In this document: piece by piece, positions 1-9,857 of the stretch
Layout: each line of letters opens with the position of its first letter
How positions within the stretch are numbered: the first letter of the stretch is position 1
From: Tepidisphaerales bacterium
Lineage (GTDB): Bacteria > Planctomycetota > Phycisphaerae > Tepidisphaerales > Tepidisphaeraceae
Reading direction: 5' to 3'
DNA length: 46,373 nucleotides
Assembly: GCA_038204465.1 (NCBI GenBank)
Contig: JBBRCX010000029.1
Location: forward strand, 1 to 46,373
Made by a program: the position numbers and the translations under genes
Notes under the pieces: generated by a model
Told to the model about the DNA's origin: nothing
The model's input: the letters and a program-made list of their open reading frames with translations, nothing else
Databases searched by the model: none

Positions 1-199
1 TATAAAAAACGGTTTCGGTTTTCATCGCGGCGGGCGTGCAGCTAGAGTAGCGTCTATCTCATCACCGTCACAAGGCAGGCCGTACATCATGGGTTTTGGG
101 CTTGGACCGGCAGGACCGACCAACGGATCGGACTCTTGCCGAGGCGATGGCAGCTGAGCATTCCGGCCGTGGCGCCGGATCAGTCGAAGCGCACCTGGG

Positions 200-2497
200 G
201 TGCAGCGGATGCGGCAGGCGGAGGAGCATCAACATGTTCGCGGGGAACTTTCTTGCGATCGGGATGTCGTCTCTAACATCGTTGGGCGTACTGCCGCTGG
301 CGGACATCGAGCCGATGACGATTGCGGTGTGGGTCATCGTGCCCTTGCTGCTGTTGATGCTTGCCGGCAGCCTCGTCGGGCTTCGGTACATTCCCAACGA
401 TCGCGTGGGCGTTATCGAGAAGCTGTGGTCCGGCGCGGGTTCGGTGTGAAGCAAGGCCACATTCTGGCCTTCAATGGCGAGGCGGGGTACCAGGCGAACC
501 TGCTGCGCGGCGGCATGCACTTCCGATTCTGGCGCTGGCAGTACCGGATCCACCGCGTGCCGTTGATTACCGTGCCGCAGGGCAAGATTGGCTACGTCTA
601 TGCGCGCGACGGCGAGCCGCTGCAGCCGAGCCAGACGCTCGGCCGCGAAGTGCCCTGCAACAACTTCCAGGACGCGCCGGCCTTCCTCGGGAAATCAGGC
701 AAGGACCTGCTCACGGGCCAGCGCGGCCGCCAGCGGACGATCCTGCGCGAAGGCGTTTATGCGATCAACCTGGCGCTGTTCGTGGTGATCACCGAGGACC
801 ACGTCTATCACCTCGCGCAGGGCCGCGCTGAGATCGAGACAGTGATCGGGTGGCAGAAGGAGCTGCGCGAGCAGAACGGATTCAATCCGGTGGTGATCGG
901 CCAGGAAGTGTCGGCGATTGACCCGATTAATCCTGAGCGAAGCATGGCCGTCGACAGCATCGGCATCGTGACGATCCACGATGGCCCATCGCTGGCGCCG
1001 GGCGAGATTATCGCCCCGTCGGTCGGCAATGACGCCACCGACGCGGATTATCACAACAACTACCAGGACCCGGATTCGTTTCTCCGGGCGGGCGGCCGAC
1101 GCGGGCGGCAATATGTGCCGCTCACCGACGGCACGTATTTCATCAACCGCTGGTTCGCCAGCATCGAGATCACTCCCAAGACGGTGGTGCCGATCGGCTA
1201 CGTCGGCGTGGTGATCAGTTACTACGGACCGATCGGCAAGGACCTGTCGGGCGACGCCTTCAGGCACGGCGAGCGTGTCGCGCGCGGGGAGCGCGGCGTC
1301 TGGGAGAAGCCGCTGGGCCCGGGAAAGTACCCGTTCAACACCTACGCGGGGCAGGTGATCCTTGTGCCGACGACGAACTTCGTTCTGCACTGGGTGACCG
1401 GCCGCAGCGAAACGCATCGCTACGACGAAAGCCTTAAATCGATCGACCTGGTGACGAAAGACGCATACGAGCCGATGCTGCCGTTGAGCGTGGTGGTGCA
1501 CATCGACTACATGAAAGCGCCCAGCGTGATCCAGCGTTTCGGCGACGTGAAGAAGCTCATCACGCAGACGCTGGACCCAATGCTGAGCGCCTACTTCCGA
1601 GACATCGCGCACAAGCGCACGATGCTGGAGCTGTTGCAGCACCGCGACGAGATCCAGTTGGAGTCGCGCTCCGAGTTGCAGCGCAAATTCCGCGAGTTCG
1701 ATATCGAGTGCGTCGACGTCTTGATCGGCAAGCCCGGCACCGCCGAAGCGGGCGGCAAGATCGAAACGCTGCTGGAGCAATTGCGTCAGCGGCAGCTTTC
1801 GATCGAGCAGATCGAGACATTCACCCGCCAGCGTGCCGCGGCTGAGGAGCAGAAGAAGCTGAATGAGGCGCAGGCGCTGGCCGCGAAGCAGACGGAGTTG
1901 ACCGCGTCGCACGTGCAGGTGCGGATCGCGGAGAACGCCGGCGATGCCGATCTGGCGCGTGCGCGCAAACAGGCGCAGCAGGCGGTCGTGATGGCCGAAG
2001 CGGAACTGGAGAAGTCGCGCCGCCAGGCGGAGCAGATGGTCGTGATGGCGCAGGCCGAGAGCCAGCAGCGCGTTCTGGCGGGCAAAGGCGAAAGCCAGCG
2101 CATCCTGCAGATTGGACTGTCGGAGTCGTCCGTGCTCATGCGGAAGATCGGCTCCTTTGGCGACCCGCGGCTGTACGCGCTGGCACAGGTGGCCGAGCAC
2201 CTGAGCAAGAGCAGCCAGCCGCTCGTGCCCGAGCGGGTGTTCGTAACCGGCGGCGGGGCCGGAACGGACGGGGCTTCCAGCAGCCAGGGAATGCTCGGCG
2301 TTTTGATCAACCTGCTGGTCGCGGAGAAGAGCAACTTCCAGTCCAACGAGAACGCTGAGCTCTCGAGCATGAAGGAGTTCTCCGATCGTCTCACCCGCCA
2401 GGCGATGCAGACGATGGAGGAGGGTCCTGGCGTGGCGGTGGCCGGCACCGATCAGCTATCGCGCGCGGCGCCCGCGACACCGGGGAACGGCAACTAG
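200..2497 (+). CDS. Flotillin-like SPFH/band-7 protein with a long C-terminal coiled-coil (EA/Q-rich). It appears frameshifted near nt ~444: the true N-terminus (TM helix plus start of the SPFH domain) is in a different frame at 96..449.
   Basis: The 765-aa ORF carries SPFH-like motifs ([31 protein letters not shown]...) followed by ~300 aa of coiled-coil with [14 protein letters not shown] repeats, as in FloT/YqiK. The frame-3 ORF 96..449 encodes TM helix + '[17 protein letters not shown]', which continues naturally into '[15 protein letters not shown]' in the main frame if one base at ~443-448 is removed. Confidence 0.6.
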   Translation: MQRMRQAEEHQHVRGELSCDRDVVSNIVGRTAAGGHRADDDCGVGHRALAAVDACRQPRRASVHSQRSRGRYREAVVRRGFGVKQGHILAFNGEAGYQANLLRGGMHFRFWRWQYRIHRVPLITVPQGKIGYVYARDGEPLQPSQTLGREVPCNNFQDAPAFLGKSGKDLLTGQRGRQRTILREGVYAINLALFVVITEDHVYHLAQGRAEIETVIGWQKELREQNGFNPVVIGQEVSAIDPINPERSMAVDSIGIVTIHDGPSLAPGEIIAPSVGNDATDADYHNNYQDPDSFLRAGGRRGRQYVPLTDGTYFINRWFASIEITPKTVVPIGYVGVVISYYGPIGKDLSGDAFRHGERVARGERGVWEKPLGPGKYPFNTYAGQVILVPTTNFVLHWVTGRSETHRYDESLKSIDLVTKDAYEPMLPLSVVVHIDYMKAPSVIQRFGDVKKLITQTLDPMLSAYFRDIAHKRTMLELLQHRDEIQLESRSELQRKFREFDIECVDVLIGKPGTAEAGGKIETLLEQLRQRQLSIEQIETFTRQRAAAEEQKKLNEAQALAAKQTELTASHVQVRIAENAGDADLARARKQAQQAVVMAEAELEKSRRQAEQMVVMAQAESQQRVLAGKGESQRILQIGLSESSVLMRKIGSFGDPRLYALAQVAEHLSKSSQPLVPERVFVTGGGAGTDGASSSQGMLGVLINLLVAEKSNFQSNENAELSSMKEFSDRLTRQAMQTMEEGPGVAVAGTDQLSRAAPATPGNGN

Positions 2498-2520
2498 CGA
2501 ACAAAGGGGCGTCATACGAG

Positions 2521-2556
2521 CCGGGTCCGACGAAGACTGTCGGACCCGGCTTTTTT
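2521..2556 (+). terminator. Rho-independent terminator downstream of the flotillin gene
   Basis: A perfect 11-bp stem ccgggtccgac / gtcggacccgg with a 7-nt loop is followed by TTTTTT (2551-2556), 24 nt after the stop. Confidence 0.7.
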
Positions 2557-2688
2557 GCGCTGATCGCGCCGCGCTTTTCGAACCGCACTTTCGATCGGAT
2601 CGCAGAGAACGGACGCGCTTGCATTCAGCGGAATCCGTTCATCGATGCTTGCTTGCCGCGCTTCGGCTGGGCCTTTAGGCTGCTGCTC

Positions 2689-3594
<906 letters not shown>

Positions 3595-3627
3595 AACGGA
3601 GGGCAGCATTGCTGACAACTCCGGCTT

Positions 3628-4524
3628 TTACATTTCAGTTTCGCTGCACGGGGGCAGCTCAGACCAGATTTGGTAGCGCGATTCGGCGAAGGGTCCGTCG
3701 AAGGCGACCGCACGGAGTTGGACGCTCCACTCGCCATCCCTGGGGATCGTGATCGAGCGTGTCCAGGTTGGATTGTACATCGCCATGCCATAGTCGCGGA
3801 TGAACCACGGGCCTCGGATGCCCGGCACCGGGACGCGGAGCAGGATCCCGATGCGATTGAGCGAGGCCGGGCCGCTCTCGTACGCGACGAAGTCCGATTC
3901 GAAGTTCTGAAGAATCGAGGCGTCGCCGCGGCGGCCCGCATCGGCGTGGACAATTCCTCCGAGCGGCGGGAGCAGTCGCGGCTCTACGCGGGCGCCAACG
4001 CAGCCATACTTCGTCTGCGGAAATTCCACTGGGCCGTATCGAGCAATCTTACGGCTGGTGACGTCGCAGACGGTGGCGTCAGCGGAGGTGAAAAGGTCCA
4101 CCGTTCGCACCTCATCCAGCAGCGGTTGCTCATCCGGATCGCGCCACACACTGCGCAGCGTGAAGCGGACGCCGTTCGCGTGCGGCTCGGCTGAGGGCTG
4201 ATCCAGCGCGTCCATGCGGCCGACGTCAACGTACAGCGGGTCATCCGGCATACGACGCGGCGGCGCCACCCAGAAGTTCCCTGTCCGCCCATTCATCCTG
4301 ACGGGATGCTGGCCGACGAAGATCCCGTTGTGAAACGGGTGATCGAAGGCGAACTCCTGGACCACGGTGAGCCCGGCGGGCGTGTAGAGCGGGAAGACCC
4401 AGGAGCGGTAGTAATTGCCCCCGAAGGCGCCCAGGAACCGGCCCGTCTCCGTGTCGACGACCATCTGGGTCATCGGATTGTTCGCACCGGGGCAGTTCAC
4501 CCGGACCTGATAGCGGCCATCCAT
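3628..4524 (-). CDS. PmoA-like (DUF6807-type) protein of unknown function
   Basis: A 298-aa ORF with W/F-rich motifs (NFWVAPP, NGIFVGQHP) that I associate with the PmoA-like family seen in Planctomycetes/Verrucomicrobia. The family assignment is from memory and tentative. It is convergent with sucD. Confidence 0.45.
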   Translation of the reverse strand: MDGRYQVRVNCPGANNPMTQMVVDTETGRFLGAFGGNYYRSWVFPLYTPAGLTVVQEFAFDHPFHNGIFVGQHPVRMNGRTGNFWVAPPRRMPDDPLYVDVGRMDALDQPSAEPHANGVRFTLRSVWRDPDEQPLLDEVRTVDLFTSADATVCDVTSRKIARYGPVEFPQTKYGCVGARVEPRLLPPLGGIVHADAGRRGDASILQNFESDFVAYESGPASLNRIGILLRVPVPGIRGPWFIRDYGMAMYNPTWTRSITIPRDGEWSVQLRAVAFDGPFAESRYQIWSELPPCSETEM

Positions 4525-4527
4525 GTA

Positions 4528-4960
4528 TCAAGGCTCCTTCCGCGTGGAGAGGTCCGCCAGGTATAGCTGAGGCAGGAGGGTGCCATAGTCGGTGCCGAAG
4601 ATGACGTAGCGCCCATCGGGCGACCAGTTGGGGTTCGGATGGAGGAACTCGCTCTTCACTGGATTGCCTTTCGTATCGGTCAGCGCGCCCCAGGTGCAGC
4701 GGCACAGAGGCAGCAGTTGGTCGCGTCTTGTGGTCGGGTCCGGCCGCGTAAAAGTTGACGCTGCGCTCGCGCTGTTGCAGAAAAAGCAAATACCTGCCAT
4801 CGGCCGTCCAGCTTCGTCGGGTAAAATAGAGCGGGCCCGCTGGTTCCGGGCCGTCCGTCAGCTGATGAATCAAGACCCCGGTCGCCGGATCGCTAAAGGA
4901 GCGGACCGGGTATGGGACCGTAGGATTCACTGAGGGTTGAGTGTATAGCCTCGTGGCATT
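4528..4960 (-). pseudogene. Remnant of an oligogalacturonate-lyase/TolB-like beta-propeller gene. N-terminal ~60 aa and C-terminal ~60 aa segments are joined with a frame change, the internal ~250 aa are missing, and there is no proper start.
   Basis: Frame A (track ORF 4241..5056) gives ...FSDPATGVLIHQLTDGPEPAGPLYFTRRSWTADGRYLLF (Ogl N-terminal pattern). Frame B (4528..4800) gives ...GNPVKSEFLHPNPNWSPDGRYVIFGTDYGTLLPQLYLADL (Ogl C-terminal pattern). Combined length is ~145 aa against ~390 aa for intact Ogl. The first 30 codons of track ORF 4241..5056 are simply antisense of the small + strand ORF 4992..5234. Confidence 0.45.
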
Positions 4961-4991
4961 GGGGGTACAACCAGCGCATGAAAGGAGAGCG

Positions 4992-5234
4992 ATGCCTTCC
5001 ACCGACGATGAGATGAAAAAAGCCCTCAAGGCGTTCAAGAAGCGTCTGAAACTCACCCGGCTGGATGAGGAGTCGAAGCTGGGGCACGGACCGATGAGCA
5101 GCGGGGGCAGAGAGAAAGTAATGTCGATTCAGCCACCTACCGGCTTCGGGCGCGAGATCTGGGAGGAGCTGGCGGAGAAGGGATTCCTGAAACGCGATGG
5201 GGTTGGATTCTACGAGCTGGTTGAGGGGAGATAG
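4992..5234 (+). CDS. Small hypothetical protein (80 aa, Lys-rich N-terminus)
   Basis: ATG at 4992 is preceded by a strong SD-like AAAGGAGAG (4980-4988), rare in this window. The ORF runs to the stop at 5234. No recognisable domain. Confidence 0.4.
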   Translation: MPSTDDEMKKALKAFKKRLKLTRLDEESKLGHGPMSSGGREKVMSIQPPTGFGREIWEELAEKGFLKRDGVGFYELVEGR

Positions 5235-5313
5235 CAATTAATCTGTGTCTCGAGGTGTCCCGGAGCGGCGCTTCGCCGAGGCTCCGCGTGATCACCATCG
5301 CCGACAATGTTGA

Positions 5314-6858
5314 ATGACTATGAAGATCTTGATGTATGACTTCGCCCGAGCCCAGGGCTTTGTCGAGAGCTACTGGCGGCGACTGTTGTCCGACGTGCGC
5401 GTCGTCGGCTACACCGACTTCGCCGTCTACATCGAAACCGGCATCCATCTGCCGAGCCTTCCGCTGCACCGCCCGTTTGGCGGAATGACCTACGAGCAGG
5501 CGCTGACGATCAAGAAGCTTGCAGGTGACGCGGGCCTGCATCTGCACTGGTTTTCCAACACGCTTGGCCACTGCGGCAAGCTGCTGGCGAACGACCATTA
5601 TCGCCACCTTGCGGAGACTCCGGACATCCTGTTCCAGCTTTGCCCTTCGCATCCGGAGACGCGCCCGCTACTGCGCGAAATCATTCAGGGGCTGGCCAAG
5701 CTGGACGACAGCGACTGGCTGCACGTCGGCCTTGATGAGGCGTGGCATTTGAATTTCTGCCCGCGCTGCAAGGCGCGCGGGTTGAGTAAGCCTGAACTGT
5801 ATCTCGATCACCTGGACTGGGTCACATCGACCTGCAAGGAATTTGGAAAGCGTCCGGCGATCTGGGGCGACATGCTTCTGACCCATCCCGAAATCATCGG
5901 GAAGGTCGATAGAGAAGTGCTGATCTTCGACTGGCAGTACAACAAGGGTTCGGCGGCAACGATCAAGCGGTTTCGTGAAGCCGGGCTCGACGTCGTCGCC
6001 TCGGTCTCGACGAACGACTACGGCGCCGCGTTCTATCCATTTAATGCAATCGAACAGGATATTGCGCCGTTCGTCACCGCCGCTCGGCAAACCGGCTGCC
6101 GCGGCATCTGCCAGTGCGTGTGGGAGATGTTCAACGGGACGCTCTTTGACAACGGCTGGGACCGCGTTGCCGCTGCCCCCGCGATTTACGACGGCAAGCC
6201 CTTTTCGACCGCTCGCTTTGCCGAAGAGTTTTACGGATCGGCGAAGTCTGACGCGCAGGTGCTGAGTGAGTTTCTCGATCAGAAGTCGCTGGCGGCCATC
6301 GACGAGAGCCTGCCGATCCGCACGTTGCGGATGGAAGTACTCGGGCACGATTCGGCGTGGACCATTTACTACAAATACTTCCACCAGCTTTACGGCACGC
6401 CGCTGAATCTGGAGAAGTTTGCGCATCTAGGCGCTCGCGTCGAAGCAGCGCGGCGGCTCGTGCCCGGGATTCAACGGGCGGCGACGAAGCGAACCGCTCA
6501 CCTGCAGTTCCTCGGGGTGCCGCTCGACATTCACAAGATGATCTGCGACCGGCTCACGCTGTGCCGGCAGCTCCGCGAGACAAACATCGCGCTGTGTCCG
6601 CACCGACTGGCGAATGAGGAAGGCACGCGCCGGCTCGCGTCGCTGCACGAACAGGCCGAGGCGCATATCAAGTTCTGCACAGAGTTGGCGGAATTGCTCG
6701 AGAAAGCGGTGGGCGAAGTCGGCGCTCCGGCGAGCGACGCCGCAAACCTTCGCAAGCAAATCGCGAACCTGAAAGAAGTCACCGGCTACATTCGCCATCA
6801 TCGTGACACTTATGCGCGGGGGGAACTTGTGCCGGGTCACGAGTTGTGGTTTGTGTGA
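5314..6858 (+). CDS. GH20-like (beta-hexosaminidase family) TIM-barrel hydrolase
   Basis: The architecture resembles the GH20 catalytic domain: ...NTLGHCG... then HVGLDEAW (cf. H-x-G-G-D-E) then ...AIWGDMLL. The catalytic Gly-Gly is replaced by Gly-Leu, so activity is uncertain. Confidence 0.5.
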   Translation: MTMKILMYDFARAQGFVESYWRRLLSDVRVVGYTDFAVYIETGIHLPSLPLHRPFGGMTYEQALTIKKLAGDAGLHLHWFSNTLGHCGKLLANDHYRHLAETPDILFQLCPSHPETRPLLREIIQGLAKLDDSDWLHVGLDEAWHLNFCPRCKARGLSKPELYLDHLDWVTSTCKEFGKRPAIWGDMLLTHPEIIGKVDREVLIFDWQYNKGSAATIKRFREAGLDVVASVSTNDYGAAFYPFNAIEQDIAPFVTAARQTGCRGICQCVWEMFNGTLFDNGWDRVAAAPAIYDGKPFSTARFAEEFYGSAKSDAQVLSEFLDQKSLAAIDESLPIRTLRMEVLGHDSAWTIYYKYFHQLYGTPLNLEKFAHLGARVEAARRLVPGIQRAATKRTAHLQFLGVPLDIHKMICDRLTLCRQLRETNIALCPHRLANEEGTRRLASLHEQAEAHIKFCTELAELLEKAVGEVGAPASDAANLRKQIANLKEVTGYIRHHRDTYARGELVPGHELWFV

Positions 6859-6877
6859 TGCCCGCTGACGAAAAAGC

Positions 6878-6903
6878 GGGCGGGTTTGAAACCCGCGCCT
6901 ACA
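6878..6903. repeat. REP-like palindromic element, copy 1 (gggcGGGTTTGAAACCCGCnCCTACA; perfect 17-bp palindrome GCGGGTTTGAAACCCGC at 6880-6896)
   Basis: Perfect 8+1+8 palindrome. A second copy with identical flanks lies at 10561-10586. Copy 1 is immediately 3' of the GH20-like gene and ~560 bp from a RAYT-type transposase remnant. Confidence 0.6.
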
Positions 6904-7457
6904 AATCGTTGTCGATCTCCGGGGTGGGCCCCTGGTGGACTGCCTTTGGGTTGATCCTTTTTGGGTGTGGCCAAGTGACGACGATGACTTCATCGCCGCT
7001 CTTGCGCTCATCGGACGGCAACAGGCTTTTACAGAGGAGCGGCCGTTGCGTCGTTGGCCTGTCCGCTTCTTCCCGCTCAGCGTGGCCGGGCGCGTCAGTC
7101 TGGGACAACCTGGCGCAGGACAAATTCCCGGTCATCGTTGGTGGTTTTGGGAACGGCGACCGCGCGACGGAGCAGCACTCGGCTGATCGTGCGAAGCGCC
7201 GCGAGGCCGAAGCATCGCCAGCACGTCCGAAACCCATCCTGCCCCCATCAGGCATCCACCCCACCGCTGCCGCGACTCCGGCGCAATGCCGAACAACCGC
7301 CAGCACTTCACCACCGCCTCCCAGCGCAACCCGGCCCTCGCCACGTCCTGTCCATCTTTGCACCAGCAATCAGCTTGAAATTGACCGAACAACCCCGAAC
7401 ACTTCCCAATCGCCGCGTCGGGCGCTCCATTAGCGGTGGGCCGCCTTGGTGGGGAAA

Positions 7458-7620
7458 TTAGGTGGCGGAGTTGCCGAAGGTGATCCTCAGCGTATCGGCG
7501 ATGGCTTGGAGGAACGAGGCGAAATCGGCGGGCCGCTTGAAGAGGTCCTTGCCCCCGACGCCGCGGTTCAGGACATGGTAGATCAGACCGCCAGGGGCGA
7601 CGCGGGCGACACGCGGCATC
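7458..7620 (-). pseudogene. N-terminal remnant (~54 aa) of an IS200-like / REP-associated tyrosine transposase (RAYT, COG1943)
   Basis: MPRVARVAPGGLIYHVLNRGVGGKDLFKRPADFASFLQAIADTL matches the characteristic RAYT/IS200-like N-terminus (MPR.ARI...G..YHV..RG..R..IF.D..D...FL..L). The ORF then stops. No HUH or Tyr motifs are found downstream in any frame. Confidence 0.55.
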
Positions 7621-7651
7621 GTCGTAAAGTACGACGGGCATCGAACGCCGT

Positions 7652-7852
7652 CAAGAATTGGACCCGTCCCGTTTGCTGAGTTCCGTCCCGTTTGCTGAGT
7701 TCGTCCCGTTTGCTGAGTTCCAGAGGGTCGAGACAGAGCAGACCTGTCCCATTTTTTCGTCCTGTCCCATTTTTTCGTCCCGTTCAATTTTTTCGTCGCC
7801 CGAAAATTGGACCCGTCCCGGTCCCACTACCCCGTCCCGGTCCCACTACCCC
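7652..7852. repeat. Complex direct-repeat array of short units sharing a GTCCC prefix. It comprises 3x ~19 bp (gtcccgtttgctgagttc), 3x 18 bp (ctgtcccattttttcgtc; the third is degenerate) and 2x 19 bp (gtcccggtcccactacccc). The motif gaattggacccgtccc occurs at both 7655 and 7804.
   Basis: Read directly from the sequence. Units are contiguous with no spacers, so this is not a CRISPR array. It lies between the RAYT remnant and the PEP-CTERM gene. Confidence 0.7.
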
Positions 7853-8153
7853 GCGCATCCTGCGGGTACAGTTGTAGATGACCGTAATGGGCGTTGCAAT
7901 CGGCTCTTGCCCGGTTCACGTCCACATCCCACCGGTGCAGTTCAGCTCTGCTCGAACCAGCAACTGTTCCGCCATGCCGCGCGAGCTCGAAGCTCAAGTG
8001 GGGCGGATTCCATTCCATATTCTGAAGGCTGCGCGCGCACTTCACGCAAAAAACCTGCCGCGACGGGCGGCTGCAAAGGGTGTGCGCCCAGGGCATAGCG
8101 CGATCTGGACGCCTCCTTTCGACGTTCCTCTCAAAGATTCTTTCGGATTTACG

Positions 8154-8181
8154 TTGACAACGCACTTATGTGCGTTAGCTT
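8154..8181 (+). promoter_or_regulatory. Candidate sigma70-type promoter (TTGACA-16-TAGCTT) with an embedded inverted repeat ACGCAC-N4-GTGCGT in the spacer, ~100 bp upstream of the PEP-CTERM gene
   Basis: Perfect -35 hexamer at 8154-8159 and a -10-like hexamer at 8176-8181. 6-bp inverted arms at 8160-8165 / 8170-8175 occupy the spacer, an operator-like arrangement. Confidence 0.35.
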
Positions 8182-8279
8182 TGGGCTACATTTCGTTTTG
8201 TACTTGCTGGCAGCGCGGTGTTTGGGTGCCGTCAGGTGTGTTATGGTTCGGGCAAATGGACTGGGACGGGAGGCCTATA

Positions 8280-8969
8280 ATGCGGGTGCAATCTCTGAAA
8301 ACGTGTCTTTTGGCGCTCTGTTTTGGTTCCGCGTTGCTCTGCGGTGCCGCCGCGCACGCGGCGATTGTTACCACTGACCTGAACGATCCGGCGGCGCCGA
8401 GAGACACTGGCTGGAGGATTCGCTACGACAATACGCAGGTCTCAAATGTGACCTTCACCGGCATCGCCGGGACCGGCAACAAACAAGGGACCCTGCAGAT
8501 AGACAAGACCTTCAACAACCTGAATCCCATCTCCATCAGCTTCGAGGAAATCAACCCCGCGGCCGCAGACGCATTCGGCTTGCGGATCACATTGAACGAG
8601 AACATAACAAATAATTCGGGCTCTGATTGGGGCGACTTCCACATGAATCTCGTGGACAACAACCCGGTTTCAACGCACGACGCCGATGGGTTTCACCCTG
8701 GCTATGCCCATTTCCATAGTGACCCGTTTGTGAACCCGCCGTTCAACGTGGTCGGCGGGGGCGGTTCGAAGAGTTTCATAGATTTCGCCAGCGGAACCTT
8801 TGCGAACAATAGTACTCGGACATGGACGGGGTTCGGCATCCACCAGTTTGAAGACCTGAACAAGCAGAGGAACTTTACTCTGGTTGAAACGCCTTCCGTT
8901 CCGGAGCCAACGTTTGTCGGACTTGCCGTGTTCGCTATGTTGCCTCTACTCCGCAAAAGGGGACATTAA
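8280..8969 (+). CDS. PEP-CTERM sorting-domain secreted protein (229 aa)
   Basis: N-terminal signal peptide MRVQSLKTCLLALCFGSALLCGAAAHA. C-terminal VPEPTFVGLAVFAMLPLLRKRGH, i.e. PEP motif + TM helix + basic tail (exosortase substrate signature). Start is taken at the ATG at 8280, in frame within track ORF 7878..8969. Confidence 0.8.
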   Translation: MRVQSLKTCLLALCFGSALLCGAAAHAAIVTTDLNDPAAPRDTGWRIRYDNTQVSNVTFTGIAGTGNKQGTLQIDKTFNNLNPISISFEEINPAAADAFGLRITLNENITNNSGSDWGDFHMNLVDNNPVSTHDADGFHPGYAHFHSDPFVNPPFNVVGGGGSKSFIDFASGTFANNSTRTWTGFGIHQFEDLNKQRNFTLVETPSVPEPTFVGLAVFAMLPLLRKRGH

Positions 8970-9283
8970 ACGCGGAAGCAGCCAATCCTGTTCGGCACGC
9001 GGTTGGTGATTGCACATTCTTGCGCCATTGCTGGGGGCTCGTGCGGCGCATGATCTGACGGAAGATTAAGGCTGCAGAACGGTGACATCGTTTTAGTTTT
9101 GCCCACCCCCAATTACTGGTTACTGTACCGCCAGCGCGTTCGCGACGGACCAGCAGACTTTGGAAAAGGAGATGAAGCAAGCGGGCGATGTTCGCCCGGG
9201 TGCGCGCGGCGGAAGTGGGGTCGCGACGCTCGTGCTGCCACGGAAAGTCGCTGAAGCGATGGCAGAGCCGTGCCGAAAGTTGC

Positions 9284-9802
9284 TCAGATAGCGGCACCGC
9301 ACTCGGGGCAGCGGCTGGGGGAGGCCCGGAGGTCATAACCGCACACACAGCATTGGCCACGGGATCTGTGGCGCAGATGCCGCGCTTGCCAGACAACGCG
9401 GCCAATACAACTCAAAGCGGTTCCGACAAATAGTACCGACACCACACCAAACGGCATGCACAGATGTCGCCAACGTACTCGTACGAGGGGTTCTTCCGCC
9501 CCAGGCCTTCCACCCACCATGCTGGTATCGAAGACTTGCTGATGAGGAGGCAGTTCCACAGTCCTCAACATCCAGGTAATTCGCTCGCTAAGGGTCATTT
9601 CTCGCTGTCTGAAACTTGCAAGGCATATCCGGTGGTCTTCATAGTCGAGGCACCAGAGATTGCCTGAGAGTTGAAACTCGAACCCTTTACCCGGCGTCGC
9701 CAGATTTTTGCACAATAGCGCAATCCCTACCGCGAAGACCGATAGGGTGAGCAGACAGTAGAGGCCGAATAAATACTTCACAGTTCGCCACATGCCGGCC
9801 AA
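9284..9802 (-). CDS. Hypothetical membrane protein with a C-terminal Cys-rich zinc-ribbon-like motif (CCVCGYDL...CPECG)
   Basis: 172-aa ORF with two predicted TM helices and a C-terminal CxxC...CxxC. No family recognised. Confidence 0.35.
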   Translation of the reverse strand: MAGMWRTVKYLFGLYCLLTLSVFAVGIALLCKNLATPGKGFEFQLSGNLWCLDYEDHRICLASFRQREMTLSERITWMLRTVELPPHQQVFDTSMVGGRPGAEEPLVRVRWRHLCMPFGVVSVLFVGTALSCIGRVVWQARHLRHRSRGQCCVCGYDLRASPSRCPECGAAI

Positions 9803-9857
9803 TCCGTGGTCAGCCTTCGCACCAGATGCTCACACGGAACTCTTCCTTCTATTTTTG

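Noticed and set aside
695-2200. 501-aa minus-strand ORF, and similar long ORFs at 12134..13237, 15661..16521, 18648..19931, 31697..32746, 31884..33023, 33629..34414, 2512..3618, 35573..36385 and 39774..40823
   Set aside because: All are antisense or alternate-frame readings of well-supported genes (flotillin, ceramidase-like, amidohydrolase, isochorismatase-like/propeller, IS110 transposase, thrC, sucD, AstE-like, tsaE/TPM). They have Arg/Ala/Pro-rich composition typical of high-GC shadow ORFs.
7652-7852. Possible CRISPR array
   Set aside because: The repeats are contiguous, with no unique spacers. There are three different unit types of 18-19 bp, and no cas genes nearby.
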